Origin: Actinomycetes bacterium
GTDB lineage: Bacteria; Planctomycetota; Phycisphaerae; JAACET01
Assembly: GCA_030614915.1 (NCBI GenBank)
Contig: JAUXAG010000006.1
Coordinates: 1,263 to 65,262 of the forward strand
Direction of reading: 5' to 3'
Length of the DNA: 64,000 bases
Below the pieces are notes generated by a model. That model saw only the letters and a program-made list of their open reading frames with translations. It made no database searches and was not told the origin of the DNA. This document shows, in pieces, positions 26,579-36,964 of the stretch. Both the position numbers and the translations under genes were made by a program. Positions within the stretch are counted from its first letter, which is position 1. Every line of letters begins with the position of its first letter.

Positions 26579-27901
26579 TCAGGCGCTTTCTTCTGCCACC
26601 CGGATGCACACTGGAGGCTCGCTAACAACTTCCAGTTGAGCGATTTCCGTCAGGGCCTCTTGCACCGAGCCTTCCCGGGCCAAGTGGGTCATTATGATTA
26701 CAGGCACGGGCTTAGCCGGCTCGCTTTCGTGCTGCAGTATTGCCGAAAGACTGATGTCTTTTCTACCCAGCACCCCGGAGACCTTGGCCATCACTCCGGG
26801 TTCATCCAGAGCCGTGATCCGGATATAGTACCGCGATTCGATGTCTTCTATGGATACAATCGGTAATTTTCGCCCGGTCCATTCACTCAGCGACCGGCAT
26901 CTGCGGCTGTCCGGGCCCTGGGCAAGGGCTATGACGTCGGCTATTACCGCTGAGGCCGTGGGCATTCGGCCGGCCCCCATCCCGTAGTAAAGCGTCTCTC
27001 CGGTGGCATGCCCGTAAACGCTCACCGCATTATAGACTCCACCCACCTGGGCCAGCAGGCTGCCCCGCGGCAGGAAGGTCGGATGCACCCGCAGCGAAAT
27101 CCCTTCAGGATGGACCTCTCCTATGGCTAAGAGTTTCATCACGTAGCCGAGTTCTGCTGCAAAGGCCAGGTCCGTCTGCTCTATCCGGTCGATTCCTTCG
27201 ACGTATATATTGTCCAGACTGACTTGGGTTCCGAAGGCCAGCATAGCCAGGATGGCCAGCTTATGGGCCGAGTCCATCCCGTTAATGTCCAGCGTGGGGT
27301 CAGCCTCTGCGTACCCCGCCTCCTGAGCCTGAGACAGAGCACTGGAGAACGACTCTTGCTTGTCGGTCATATTGGTCAGGATGTAGTTGCAGGTCCCGTT
27401 AACGATTCCTTTTAGTCCGTTTATTCTGTTGGCCACCAGGCCGTCTTCCAGGGCCCCGATAAGCGGGATTCCTCCGGCACAACTGGCCTCGAAACGTATC
27501 TGCTTTCCCACGGACTGGGCCAATTTCAGCAGTTCCGCTCCATGGCTGGCCAGCAGGGCTTTATTGGCCGTAACCACGTCTTTACCCGCCTGGAGCAGTT
27601 TTTCCACCACCGCCCGAGCCCCATCCACCCCGCCGATCAGCTCAATGCCTATGGAGATGTCCTCGTCTTCGAGAATATCTTCCAGTCGGCTGGTCAGTAG
27701 AGCCGACTCTACAGCCACTTCTCTGGGCCGCTCCAGATCCACATCGCAGATACGCACCAGGCGCAGATGGAGGCCTGTTTTTGCCGTTGCCGGACTCCCC
27801 TCGTTGCTCAGTAGGGCTGCTACTCCCTGGCCTACCGTGCCGAAGCCGACCAGTCCCACCCCGATCTTTTTGGGCTTGTTTCTCACCGTAATCCTCCGCA
27901 T
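26579..27901 (-). CDS. hom: Homoserine dehydrogenase with C-terminal ACT domain
   Basis: NAD-binding VGLVGFGTVGQGV. Conserved catalytic region. C-terminal ACT domain. Confidence 0.9.
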   Translation of the reverse strand: MRRITVRNKPKKIGVGLVGFGTVGQGVAALLSNEGSPATAKTGLHLRLVRICDVDLERPREVAVESALLTSRLEDILEDEDISIGIELIGGVDGARAVVEKLLQAGKDVVTANKALLASHGAELLKLAQSVGKQIRFEASCAGGIPLIGALEDGLVANRINGLKGIVNGTCNYILTNMTDKQESFSSALSQAQEAGYAEADPTLDINGMDSAHKLAILAMLAFGTQVSLDNIYVEGIDRIEQTDLAFAAELGYVMKLLAIGEVHPEGISLRVHPTFLPRGSLLAQVGGVYNAVSVYGHATGETLYYGMGAGRMPTASAVIADVIALAQGPDSRRCRSLSEWTGRKLPIVSIEDIESRYYIRITALDEPGVMAKVSGVLGRKDISLSAILQHESEPAKPVPVIIMTHLAREGSVQEALTEIAQLEVVSEPPVCIRVAEESA

Positions 27902-28081
27902 TGCGGGGCGCAGATGCCGACACTGTATAGAGTTACCTTGCTAAGGTCAAGCCAATTAAGAAATGTGTAAGGCTAAGCCACTATAACAAAACCTGACGCA
28001 CCCGCAAAACCGGATATAGCAAATCGGAAAAACCCCTCTGAAGTGTCGGGACCGAAACCGTAGCCTTGAACCGCCTCAAGC

Positions 28082-28738
28082 CTAATTCCGCAGGGCCCGT
28101 TTGTATGTTGCGTATGGGAAATACCGTCCCGGACACTTGGTGCTCTTGAAATCACGATGGAAATAAACCCCTGACGGGGGCAAATGGGTACAGGCCAGCA
28201 ACCCTTTCGTTAGATAAATCAGGGACTTCATCTGGGCGCGAGACGGCCGAGTGTACTCGAAGTTGCCCACCAGACATATACCTATACCATGTTTGTTGTA
28301 TTCGTTGCTGTCGTCAGGAGAAACGCGGCAATGAGCGCCGTGTTTTTGCTGACGCCACCTGGACCCAACCTCGATTTGTCCGTCAGCCGTATCTGTGCCG
28401 TTGCCGATAACGAAGTGATAGCCCATCTCGTCCATTCCGTTGTTTCTGTGTGCTCGGTCGAATCTTCTGGCGCTGCCTTCTTGCGTGGCACTGTGGTGGA
28501 CGATGATGTACTTCCAGCGATTTGACAGGTTTGCTACTGTCCAGGGCCCCCGTGAAGGTCGAGTCGCTTGGGAACGGTTTCTCGACTGGCCGGGCCTATA
28601 CCCTAGTGTTTCGTCAGTTTCCCTGAAGACCGGATCCAGCGGGGGGTCCACCGTCGTTGTCCGCCGGGGCCCGCAGCCCACCAAGACCGGAGCCATTATG
28701 CTCATTACGAACATCACTAAGGGCTTGTGTTTCACCAA
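28082..28738 (-). CDS. N-acetylmuramoyl-L-alanine amidase (Amidase_2/PGRP, AmpD-like) lipoprotein
   Basis: Lipoprotein signal ...APVLVGC. IIVHHSAT...YHFVIGNG...H..C...GIGICLVGNF motifs. Confidence 0.8.
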   Translation of the reverse strand: MVKHKPLVMFVMSIMAPVLVGCGPRRTTTVDPPLDPVFRETDETLGYRPGQSRNRSQATRPSRGPWTVANLSNRWKYIIVHHSATQEGSARRFDRAHRNNGMDEMGYHFVIGNGTDTADGQIEVGSRWRQQKHGAHCRVSPDDSNEYNKHGIGICLVGNFEYTRPSRAQMKSLIYLTKGLLACTHLPPSGVYFHRDFKSTKCPGRYFPYATYKRALRN

Positions 28739-29237
28739 AGTCCTCCTTCAATTACTATAATTACGTCTGATTCACTTGACTCGCTGGACTACTGCCGGGC
28801 CGAGGTTCGACCTGTGAGTCTCCACCTTTTCTGTCTGTCTTCTGTTATGACAATTATCGGACATCTTGGCCTGAATATGTAGAAAAAAATTATATTTCGA
28901 GGGGCGGGCCTAATCCGCACAGCACTTGGCTTGCCCCTGCGTTGTTACCCTGATAATATGCCCGCCAAACGCCTGATTTAGTCTTGTCGGGACTGCTTGG
29001 AGAATGGTCATAGCTTCGAAATGGGATATGACGAGAGAACCTGGCCTTCTCCCCGCGGATTCGGGTATGATGGAAGCTGCCATCTGCCCGGGAGTTGGGG
29101 TATAATGCGGGGAGAAGTCTGTGACGGTTGTGGGCAGAAAATAGTATGGGAAATCCCAAGTAACGTCATGTAGGCCGATGCGTCTAATAGACAGACGTAA
29201 GCCGTTTTGAAGGGATACTTTCGAGTGGGAGACTGAT

Positions 29238-30518
29238 ATGCGAAAAACAAAGCTGATCTGTTTCGCGGCTGTTGTGCTGGCAGTTGGTGTTGGCTGGGCT
29301 GGCGGGGGAGAACTGGCGCCCGTTGCCTGTGAGCCGGATTTGGCGGTATTCCCGGCGGTCATGCTCCAGGGGAGTGTTGCTGACAAAGCCGGTACTGGCG
29401 TTGCCGGCCTCAGTTCAAGGGCCATTACGGGAGAGCTGATCCTGCGGGCCAAGCCCGGGAGCACGAACGAATCCTCCATTCGCTTTGCTCTGGACTACAG
29501 CAAGGAAGACGCAGCCAATCCGGATCTGTTGCTGATCGACTTCAACGGCAGCGGTAAATTCGACCCCGCCAAGGCCATTGCCTTACGCCCGACCAAAACA
29601 CCTCGCAAGAGCATTGATTACCAAGCCGATTTCGGACCGGCCGGCGCCTCAGCCCTGCGCCAAGGCAAAACCTTTCCTCTGCTGCTCCGTGGAGCCGTGT
29701 TGCGTTTGCAGCAAGGTCCGAACACAAAACAATATATGGTCGTCATCTCCATAGCCCCAGCCATACAGGGAAAGTGTCGCTTCGGCCAAACCGAGCACAC
29801 CCTCCGCCTGATCGACAACACCGGCGACTTCCGTTTCGACTGCAAAGGTGCATACGACCGCAAGAAGCCCGGCCCAATGGGGATCGGCACAGGTGATATC
29901 GTTCTCGTTGACACCACTGACAGCTCATTTGCTCGCCCAGCTGCCAAGGCCTTCTATGGCCAACCTGTGCGCCTTGATGGACAGTGGTACAATCTGACCA
30001 TCTCCGCAGACGGCAACAAAGTCGTCGCGGAAAAACTCGACCTCCCCACCGGCCAACTGCAGACTGATGCCGACAAATGGGAACTGATACTGCACCATAA
30101 CGGGCAATTGACTATGTTTGTCGGCGATTCTGCTCCGCTATCGATACCCGCTGGCCAGTACAACATTGTATATTGCCGCCGCTGGTCCACCCCGAACGCC
30201 CAAGGCCAACGGTCGTGGTTGTTAGCGATGGACAGGCAATTTCTCATGGGCAAAGACTCGCCCAGCTCTATCACGATCGCACCGGAAAAGAAACTCCTCC
30301 TGCCTATCGGCGCGCCCTTGAGCACTTCTATGACAGCCACGCCCAAAGGCGGGACCGTGGAGTTTTCTCTCAAAACACCCACGATTCAGCCGGGACTTTC
30401 CGTGGCCACCGTCGTCGGCAATAGCGGCGACCCGTATTCCCAAGCTAATCAGCCCAAGGTGAGGCTGACCGATGCCAACGGCAAGGTTATTGACGAGCTC
30501 ACCATGGAGTACGGGTGA
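29238..30518 (+). CDS. Secreted hypothetical protein
   Basis: Signal peptide MRKTKLICFAAVVLAVGVGWA. 426-aa ORF with coding-like composition. No recognisable domain. Confidence 0.55.
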   Translation: MRKTKLICFAAVVLAVGVGWAGGGELAPVACEPDLAVFPAVMLQGSVADKAGTGVAGLSSRAITGELILRAKPGSTNESSIRFALDYSKEDAANPDLLLIDFNGSGKFDPAKAIALRPTKTPRKSIDYQADFGPAGASALRQGKTFPLLLRGAVLRLQQGPNTKQYMVVISIAPAIQGKCRFGQTEHTLRLIDNTGDFRFDCKGAYDRKKPGPMGIGTGDIVLVDTTDSSFARPAAKAFYGQPVRLDGQWYNLTISADGNKVVAEKLDLPTGQLQTDADKWELILHHNGQLTMFVGDSAPLSIPAGQYNIVYCRRWSTPNAQGQRSWLLAMDRQFLMGKDSPSSITIAPEKKLLLPIGAPLSTSMTATPKGGTVEFSLKTPTIQPGLSVATVVGNSGDPYSQANQPKVRLTDANGKVIDELTMEYG

Positions 30519-30666
30519 GGCTTCACCTGCAGGCGCTCGTGGCGAGTGCCAGAAGGACTGAAAGGGACTTTCACCGCTGAAGTACGGTTTGACATTGGCT
30601 TTCCCGTCCAGTGCGACAAGGTGACGTTCACGCTCGAGTAGCGTAGGTGCGCTTAGACCGATCTGA

Positions 30667-30744
30667 CCCAGCCTGGCGACTGCCGGAGCCTTTATTACCG
30701 GTCAAATCATCTACGTCGACGGGGGATTCCTGGCCAGGCTTTGA
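30667..30744 (+). pseudogene. 3' remnant of a short-chain dehydrogenase gene (C-terminal ~25 codons only)
   Basis: Frame reads ...SLATAGAFITGQIIYVDGGFLARL*, the characteristic SDR C-terminus (ITGQ.i.VDGGf). An upstream in-frame TGA closes the frame and there is no start. Confidence 0.35.
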
Positions 30745-30769
30745 TCAGTCTCTCGAGCAATTCACCGGC

Positions 30770-31084
30770 TTAGACCACGGCCCAGCCGCCGGATAAGTCC
30801 ACCTCAAAAAGGTCGATGGTCTTTTCCCCCAGAGCATCCAGGCGTTTCTTGACCTCTTCTACAGGTTCACCGAGGACAGCTCGTTCGGCCTCCTGCTCTG
30901 AAGCGTACGCTGATTTGCTCATCAGCACCCGGAATTCTTCTCGACCCCAGGTCTCGTTTTTGGCAACGATCAGGTATTCCCAACGGTCCTCGTGGCCCTT
31001 GGTCGGGGGAGCGTTTACCACCCGCAGCGAAAATATCTGCCCTTCGGTGTTGTTGTAATCTAGAAGCTTGGTGTTAATGGCCAT
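30770..31084 (-). CDS. Hypothetical small protein (104 aa)
   Basis: ATG at 31084 is preceded by AGGAGG 7 nt upstream (read on the minus strand). The ORF-track start at 31150 is unlikely. Confidence 0.5.
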   Translation of the reverse strand: MAINTKLLDYNNTEGQIFSLRVVNAPPTKGHEDRWEYLIVAKNETWGREEFRVLMSKSAYASEQEAERAVLGEPVEEVKKRLDALGEKTIDLFEVDLSGGWAVV

Positions 31085-31510
31085 TGCGCTTCCTCCTGAT
31101 TTTGCCGACACCGGGCCACTGGGCCCGAACCTGCCTAGACGCACTTGCACTGCGTGAGCTAGCCATCTTCTTACACACTGGTGTTCTCCTAGGGACCTTT
31201 ATCCACATGCCTTTCCGTCAAGGTCCCCGAGATATGCCGATCACCATGATATCTTCTCAAAGCCTGTGAGGCAATTGCAAAACGGTCCCCCAACGCAGGC
31301 CCAACAGCCCCGAGATAGCCGGGGAAAACACTTGACGGGCCTTTGACCGCATGGTAAGCTGGGGACAGTCCGGTCTGCCTTTGAAATTGCCGGGCCCGAG
31401 CACAGGCTGATATGCATATCCTAACCGCTGAAGATACATCCGCCAGCGATTTTGACGAGCCGCCCGGAGGACCCGGGCGCCATTCCTTGGGGGGTATCTA
31501 AGAAACCCTG

Positions 31511-32884
31511 ATGGGTATCTTTGCCCAAATCTACAGTTTTTTGCCGCACTTCCTGGCTTTGGCGGGCCTGCTGTTTTTGTCTGCCTTCTTTTCCGGCTCA
31601 GAGACGGCCCTGTGTGCTCTGAGCAGAGCCAGAGTACGGCGACTGCGTGATTTGGCCGGGCGCCGCGGCCGGGCTGTGGCTCAGCTGTTATCCACCCCCG
31701 CCCGATTGTTCATGACCGTCCTGGTGGGCAATACCCTGGTGAATGTGACCTTATCCAGTATCGTCGCCGCCTTGGCCTTCAAACTGTTCGATGCGAGCGG
31801 TCTTTATGTAGCTATTCTCATATCCACTTTCCTGCTTCTGGTCTTCGGGGAGATTACCCCCAAGACCTTTGCGGTGCGCAACGCCGAGGGTTTTTCCCTT
31901 TTTGCATCCGGCCCGCTGCTGTGGTTTAGCCGGGTGATTTTCCCGGTTCGCCTGCTGCTGCGGCACTTGAGCAATTTAATCTTGTCCGTTCTGGGACTGG
32001 GCCGTCTCCAGAGCGAAAAACGTTTGAGCTCTGAGGAATTTGAAGCCGTCCTCGAGGCCGGCCGGGCCGACGGAATCCTGGCCGGCCACGAGGTCCGGAT
32101 TGTTCGCCGCATTTCTGAGCTGGGCCGAATTGACGCCAAGGAGATTATGGTTCCCCGCACCGCGATCATTGCTGCCGAGCAGCACTCCAAGATCGCCGAT
32201 CTGATCGAGTTGGCCAAGCGGGTGCGGCGTTGGCGGATCCCCATCTACGATCACAACATCGACAACATCTGGAGCATTTTTTACTTCAAGGATTTGCCCG
32301 CCTGGCGCGCACACAACATCGAGGAAATGACCGTTGAGCAATTCGTGAGGATGCGGGATAACCTGCCCAGCCCACCGGGTTCTGCCCTGATTCGTCCTGT
32401 TTTCCTGGTCCCACAGAGTCAATGGATTGATGTGCTCCTGGGGCAGATGCGCCGGCGCGGGGCACACCTGGCTGTTCTGCTGGATGAATACGGCGGCACC
32501 GCCGGTCTGGTAACCCTGGAGGATATCCTGGAGGAAATTGTCGGCGAGGCCTTTGAAGACTCCCACGGCACCGAAGCAGCACAGCGGCTCAACGCCCAGG
32601 GCCTGCGCCTGCTCGGCCGATCCCGCATTCGCGAGCTCAACCGCCGGTTCGGCCTGGACATTCCCAGCGGCGAGCTCGACACCCTGGGCGGTTACGTTAT
32701 GAGTCTTTTCGGCGATGTCCCCGAACTGGGCGAGCACATCGACGACGGGCAACTGGAGTTTCGGGTGCTCAAGCTGTCCGGCCGACGCATCGACGCCCTG
32801 CTGGTCCGCCGTTTGCCCAGTGCCCTGGGCCCTGACGAGCCCGAGGTAGATAACCCTGAGAAACGCAGCGAAGAACACAGTTGA
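31511..32884 (+). CDS. CNNM/CorC/HlyC-family protein (DUF21 + CBS pair + CorC_HlyC domain)
   Basis: DUF21 start LAGLLFLSAFFSGSETAL. CBS pair. C-terminal CorC_HlyC-like region. Confidence 0.85.
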   Translation: MGIFAQIYSFLPHFLALAGLLFLSAFFSGSETALCALSRARVRRLRDLAGRRGRAVAQLLSTPARLFMTVLVGNTLVNVTLSSIVAALAFKLFDASGLYVAILISTFLLLVFGEITPKTFAVRNAEGFSLFASGPLLWFSRVIFPVRLLLRHLSNLILSVLGLGRLQSEKRLSSEEFEAVLEAGRADGILAGHEVRIVRRISELGRIDAKEIMVPRTAIIAAEQHSKIADLIELAKRVRRWRIPIYDHNIDNIWSIFYFKDLPAWRAHNIEEMTVEQFVRMRDNLPSPPGSALIRPVFLVPQSQWIDVLLGQMRRRGAHLAVLLDEYGGTAGLVTLEDILEEIVGEAFEDSHGTEAAQRLNAQGLRLLGRSRIRELNRRFGLDIPSGELDTLGGYVMSLFGDVPELGEHIDDGQLEFRVLKLSGRRIDALLVRRLPSALGPDEPEVDNPEKRSEEHS

Positions 32885-32899
32885 GGAGGTTTTGTTTTA

Positions 32900-33916
32900 G
32901 TGATTGAGTTGCTGGTCATAATCTTGGTGGTGATCTTTTTGGTTCTGGAGGGTTTGTTCTCCGGTTTAGAGACTGCCATTATTTCCGCCAATCAGGCCAA
33001 GCTGCGGCTTTTGGCCTCGAAGGGGGACCGCCGGGCCAAACTAGCCCTGAAGCTTCTGGGCAAGAGTGAAGAACTCCTGGCCACCACCTTGGTGGGCAGC
33101 AATTTTGCCCTGGTCACCGGCACAACCCTGGCTACTTGGCTCATCGCCCGTTGGGTTCCGCCGCACTGGAACGAAAGTTTGGTTGCTATACTGATCATGA
33201 CCCCCGTAATCCTGGTCTGTTTCGAACTGATACCCAAATGCATATTCCGGGTTCACGCCGACAGCATTGCCTTGCACATTGCCGGGCCCTTGCGACTGGC
33301 TCAAAGATTGCTGTACCCAATAATCGCCATAGCTACCCGGATCACCCGGATGCTGCTTTGGCTGACCCGCAGGCCCAGCAGTACCGTGGACAGCGACGTT
33401 TTCCGCAGAGAGCTCAAGGCCTTGGCCCAGATTGGTGAAGAGCACGGCGTGTTCGCTCCCCAGACCCGGTTGATGCTTCAGAGCGTCTTTGATCTCGGCG
33501 ACCGTCTGGTCGGTACGGTTATGGTCCCTCTCAAGCGAATGGTCGCTGTGCCCTCCCAAGCTACCGTGGAGCAGGTCGAACGGCTCACCGCCCGCACGGG
33601 TTACTCGCATTTTCCGGTTTATCAGGACCGGCCCGACAACATCGTGGGTATTGTCAACTTGACCGATGTAATGTATGGTTCTACTTCGGCCGATGCCCCA
33701 ATCGAGCCCGCTGTCCGCCGTGAAGTTACCAGAATTCCTCCCAACAAGTCGGTTGGTGCTTTGCTGACGGAGTTTCGTTACAGCCAGATTCCCTTGGCTA
33801 TCGTAGTGGGCAAAGACGGTCGTGCTCTGGGATTGCTCAGTCCCCAGGACCTTTTAGAAGAGATAGTTGGTACCATCAGGGACGAGCGTGCACTTGGGCA
33901 GGATGGGGCTGACTGA
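32900..33916 (+). CDS. DUF21 + CBS pair protein (CNNM-like, lacks CorC_HlyC C-terminal domain)
   Basis: GTG start. VLEGLFSGLETAI DUF21 signature. Two CBS motifs. Confidence 0.8.
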   Translation: MIELLVIILVVIFLVLEGLFSGLETAIISANQAKLRLLASKGDRRAKLALKLLGKSEELLATTLVGSNFALVTGTTLATWLIARWVPPHWNESLVAILIMTPVILVCFELIPKCIFRVHADSIALHIAGPLRLAQRLLYPIIAIATRITRMLLWLTRRPSSTVDSDVFRRELKALAQIGEEHGVFAPQTRLMLQSVFDLGDRLVGTVMVPLKRMVAVPSQATVEQVERLTARTGYSHFPVYQDRPDNIVGIVNLTDVMYGSTSADAPIEPAVRREVTRIPPNKSVGALLTEFRYSQIPLAIVVGKDGRALGLLSPQDLLEEIVGTIRDERALGQDGAD

Positions 33917-33919
33917 GCG

Positions 33920-34753
33920 ATGAAACAGATTCGGTATTTTACTACGTTGGTCTTCTGCGCTGTCTTGCTAGTCGGTTGTAGCGAGCAAGAACCCAAGGCC
34001 ATCAAGTTAGCTACGACCACCTCGACCGCCAGTTCCGGCCTTTTGGACGTGGTGGTGTCGGCCTTCCAGGCGAAAACCGGCATCATCGTGCAGGTCATGC
34101 CCATGGGCACGGGCAAGGCCCTGCGAACCGCCCGCGACGGAAATTGCGACCTGGTGCTGGTCCATGCCCCAAAAGCAGAACAGCAGTTCGTCAACGAAGG
34201 CTGGGGCGTAAACCGTCGGCAGGTGATGTACAACGCTTTTGTCGTCCTGGGTCCGCCCAGCGACCCGGCTGAAGTGAGGGGTATGGAATCGGCTGTCGAG
34301 GCCATGAAAAGGATTGCCGCCACTGGAAGTGTTTTCGTTAGCCGTGGAGATAATTCCGGCACCCACAAAAAAGAATTGGAGCTTTGGGAGGCGGTTGGCC
34401 TTGAACCGAGCGGCCCATGGTATCGCTCGGTGGGCAAAGGTATGGGCCAAACGCTGATCATGGCTGACGAAATGGAGGCCTACGTATTGGCTGACCGCGG
34501 CAGCTTCATCAAGTTTCGTAAGAAGATCAACTTGGTAGTGCTGGTCGCCGGCGATAAGATGCTGTATAATCCCTATGGGCTCATCGCGGTTAATCCGAAG
34601 AAGTATCCACAGGTGAAATATGTCCAGGCCATGAAGTTCATCGAATTTTTGAGCTCTGCAGAAGGTCAAAAGCTCATCGGTGATTACAAACTGGATGGAG
34701 AAATCCTCTTCCACCCCCTATTAAGGAAAGGCGAAACTCGCAAGGCCCAATGA
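33920..34753 (+). CDS. tupA: Tungstate/molybdate ABC transporter periplasmic substrate-binding lipoprotein (TupA-like)
   Basis: Lipoprotein signal LLVGCSEQ. ...GTGKALRTARDGNCDLVLVHAPKAE...RGDNSGTH... typical of TupA-type binding proteins. Confidence 0.7.
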   Translation: MKQIRYFTTLVFCAVLLVGCSEQEPKAIKLATTTSTASSGLLDVVVSAFQAKTGIIVQVMPMGTGKALRTARDGNCDLVLVHAPKAEQQFVNEGWGVNRRQVMYNAFVVLGPPSDPAEVRGMESAVEAMKRIAATGSVFVSRGDNSGTHKKELELWEAVGLEPSGPWYRSVGKGMGQTLIMADEMEAYVLADRGSFIKFRKKINLVVLVAGDKMLYNPYGLIAVNPKKYPQVKYVQAMKFIEFLSSAEGQKLIGDYKLDGEILFHPLLRKGETRKAQ

Positions 34754-34813
34754 GCTAGTGGTTGAGTTGAGGGGCATACGTCGGTCCAGACTTACTGATG
34801 AAAGGCGACGAAC

Positions 34814-36244
34814 ATGAACAAGCAAATGCTGGCTTCATTGGTCCTGCTGACAATGGTTCTGTGTTCCTGCGAAGAAGACGAATATCGGATTGAGATGAGG
34901 CCGTGCGGCGAAGGGTTAGAGCGAAAGCTAACTGTGACCCGATACGAGCACGTCACGGGTCCAGATGGAGTAACCGAAAAGGTATATAAAAACGTTCCGG
35001 AGGGAACACTAGCCGCTATTTCCAAACTTTACCCCAAGCGCCTGGATACTTCGAACCCCAAAATCCATAGTTTCATCGGGACCTTCACAGAAAGGATGCC
35101 CAACGATGTCGGAGGGGCCGGGACATACGAATGCCTGCAAACGCCCATGGGCTCAGCTTTCCTCTATGTCGAACGCTTCCGTGGTAACGACCAGCCAGGC
35201 GAAACGCTTCAGGAAACGTTCCGCTCGGCCGACCGGCTGACCGACATGCTGATAGGATGGCTAAAGTCGGAATTCGGCGGCTACAAGGAATTCCCAAAAC
35301 TCCGGCGCTTTATGGACCAGGATTTTCGCAACGATATCAAGAACCTCAGCACATACCTTTGGCTGGGTTCGAACGAATCCCGGCATATCTGGGAGGATGG
35401 AGACAGCCAGGAAAAGGCCCAAATGGAAATCGCTGCCCGTGCATTTCAATGTCTCGTGGAGCGCAATTATTTAGCCGTGGACGAACTGCCTTTGATTATG
35501 AGGGCCGGAGAGCAAGAATTATATTCGAAGCACCTGAAGCCGCTGATCGGGAAGCTTTTGGTCAGAAAGGTGAAGTTAGCTGACCAGAATCTTATTGCGG
35601 AGCTGAGCACGCTTCTAACCGACCCTGAGCAGCTGGCAAGGTCATTGAGGGATTACTTTGCCAGCACAAACGAATACAAGAAACGGCTCAAGGAACACAA
35701 AAAGACAATTCGTGAGACAGAGGTGTCCAACTCAACTCTAGAGCCACCTGATCCGCTAGAATCACTCGAAGAAGCCTTCAGGGGTCTGGTGCACGTGGAA
35801 GTGAGTTTTGGGTCGGACGACCTGCACGTCGAACTGTGGACGACTCAGAAACCGGTAGCGACCAATGGCAAGTGGGAAGAACAACAAAAACGCCTTGTTT
35901 GGTCTACAGAGCTGACGTCCAGAGATACTGACAGTACCCGATTGCCCGAGGTGTGCTACGCTGTATGGTGCGAGCCGAATGAAGAAACCCAGGAAAAGCA
36001 CTTTAACGATACTGTCCTACTTGGCGAGAATCTACTGAAGTATTGTCTCTGGTATAAGAGCCTAAGTGAAGAGGAAGCGGCTGAGTGGGATAGCCTTGTC
36101 GAAACCCTGGGACCAGATGAGGACTCGTTCAAACGTCTAGAAGCGTTCAGATTCTCAGATGAACGAGCAAAGCCAGCTAAGCCGAGCTATGCTCAGCAGG
36201 CGATTGAACTGATCAAAGATGCACTTGAACGTGAGCAGGAGTGA
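34814..36244 (+). CDS. Hypothetical lipoprotein (476 aa) inserted between tupA-like and tupB-like genes
   Basis: Signal/lipobox MVLCSCEED. No recognisable domain. Its stop overlaps the GTG start of the permease gene (36241-36244). Confidence 0.6.
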   Translation: MNKQMLASLVLLTMVLCSCEEDEYRIEMRPCGEGLERKLTVTRYEHVTGPDGVTEKVYKNVPEGTLAAISKLYPKRLDTSNPKIHSFIGTFTERMPNDVGGAGTYECLQTPMGSAFLYVERFRGNDQPGETLQETFRSADRLTDMLIGWLKSEFGGYKEFPKLRRFMDQDFRNDIKNLSTYLWLGSNESRHIWEDGDSQEKAQMEIAARAFQCLVERNYLAVDELPLIMRAGEQELYSKHLKPLIGKLLVRKVKLADQNLIAELSTLLTDPEQLARSLRDYFASTNEYKKRLKEHKKTIRETEVSNSTLEPPDPLESLEEAFRGLVHVEVSFGSDDLHVELWTTQKPVATNGKWEEQQKRLVWSTELTSRDTDSTRLPEVCYAVWCEPNEETQEKHFNDTVLLGENLLKYCLWYKSLSEEEAAEWDSLVETLGPDEDSFKRLEAFRFSDERAKPAKPSYAQQAIELIKDALEREQE

Positions 36245-36951
36245 ACATAATCGAAGCAGTAAGACAAGCCGGCCAACTAATCCGCACGCTCGATCCGAAT
36301 CTATTGGAGTGCGTCCGGACTACGTTGATCTGTTCGCTGACAGCTACAGTAGCAGCGGTATTAGCGGGCGTGCCGTTAGCTGTGCTTTTGGGTCGCAAAA
36401 TTTTTCCAGGCCGAGACGCGCTGGTGCTGGCCGCACACACAGGAATGGCTGTGCCCACGGTGGTGATTGGTCTGGTACTTTATGGGCTGCTCAGCCGCAA
36501 CGGTCCGCTGGAATCTCTGGAGCTTCTGTATACGCGAAAGGCAATCATCATTGGCGAGTTCGCCCTGGCCCTGCCGATAATCGTAGCCTTGTTTTCGTCG
36601 GCCACCGCTGGGCTAGCGCCCAAACTGGAAATGACTGCCCGTACGCTTGGAGCCGGACGCTTGCGTACCTTTTGGACGGTCGTTAGCGAGGCCAAAGTGG
36701 GCCTGATCGCCGCGACGATGTCCGCTTTCGGTCGAGTCTGTTCGGAACTGGGCATTGCCATGATGGTCGGCGGAAATATAAAATACCACACGCGTACCAT
36801 GACCACAGCCATTGCCATGGAGACCGCTGGTGGCCAATTCGCCCTGGCTTTGGCCCTGGGCCTGATTCTGTTACTGATTGCTTTAGGTATTAATGTGGCT
36901 GCCCAGGTTTTTCGCCTGCCGACCCAAAGGCGTCATCCGGATGTTCTGTGA
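36241..36951 (+). CDS. tupB: Tungstate/molybdate ABC transporter permease (TupB/ModB-like)
   Basis: 5-6 TM helices and ABC permease EAA-like loop region (ARTLGAGRLRTFWTV). Confidence 0.8.
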   Translation: MNIIEAVRQAGQLIRTLDPNLLECVRTTLICSLTATVAAVLAGVPLAVLLGRKIFPGRDALVLAAHTGMAVPTVVIGLVLYGLLSRNGPLESLELLYTRKAIIIGEFALALPIIVALFSSATAGLAPKLEMTARTLGAGRLRTFWTVVSEAKVGLIAATMSAFGRVCSELGIAMMVGGNIKYHTRTMTTAIAMETAGGQFALALALGLILLLIALGINVAAQVFRLPTQRRHPDVL

Positions 36952-36964
36952 ATGTTATGATATA

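Noticed and set aside
31976-32878. 300-aa minus-strand ORF
   Set aside because: It is antisense to a CNNM gene with clear DUF21/CBS motifs.
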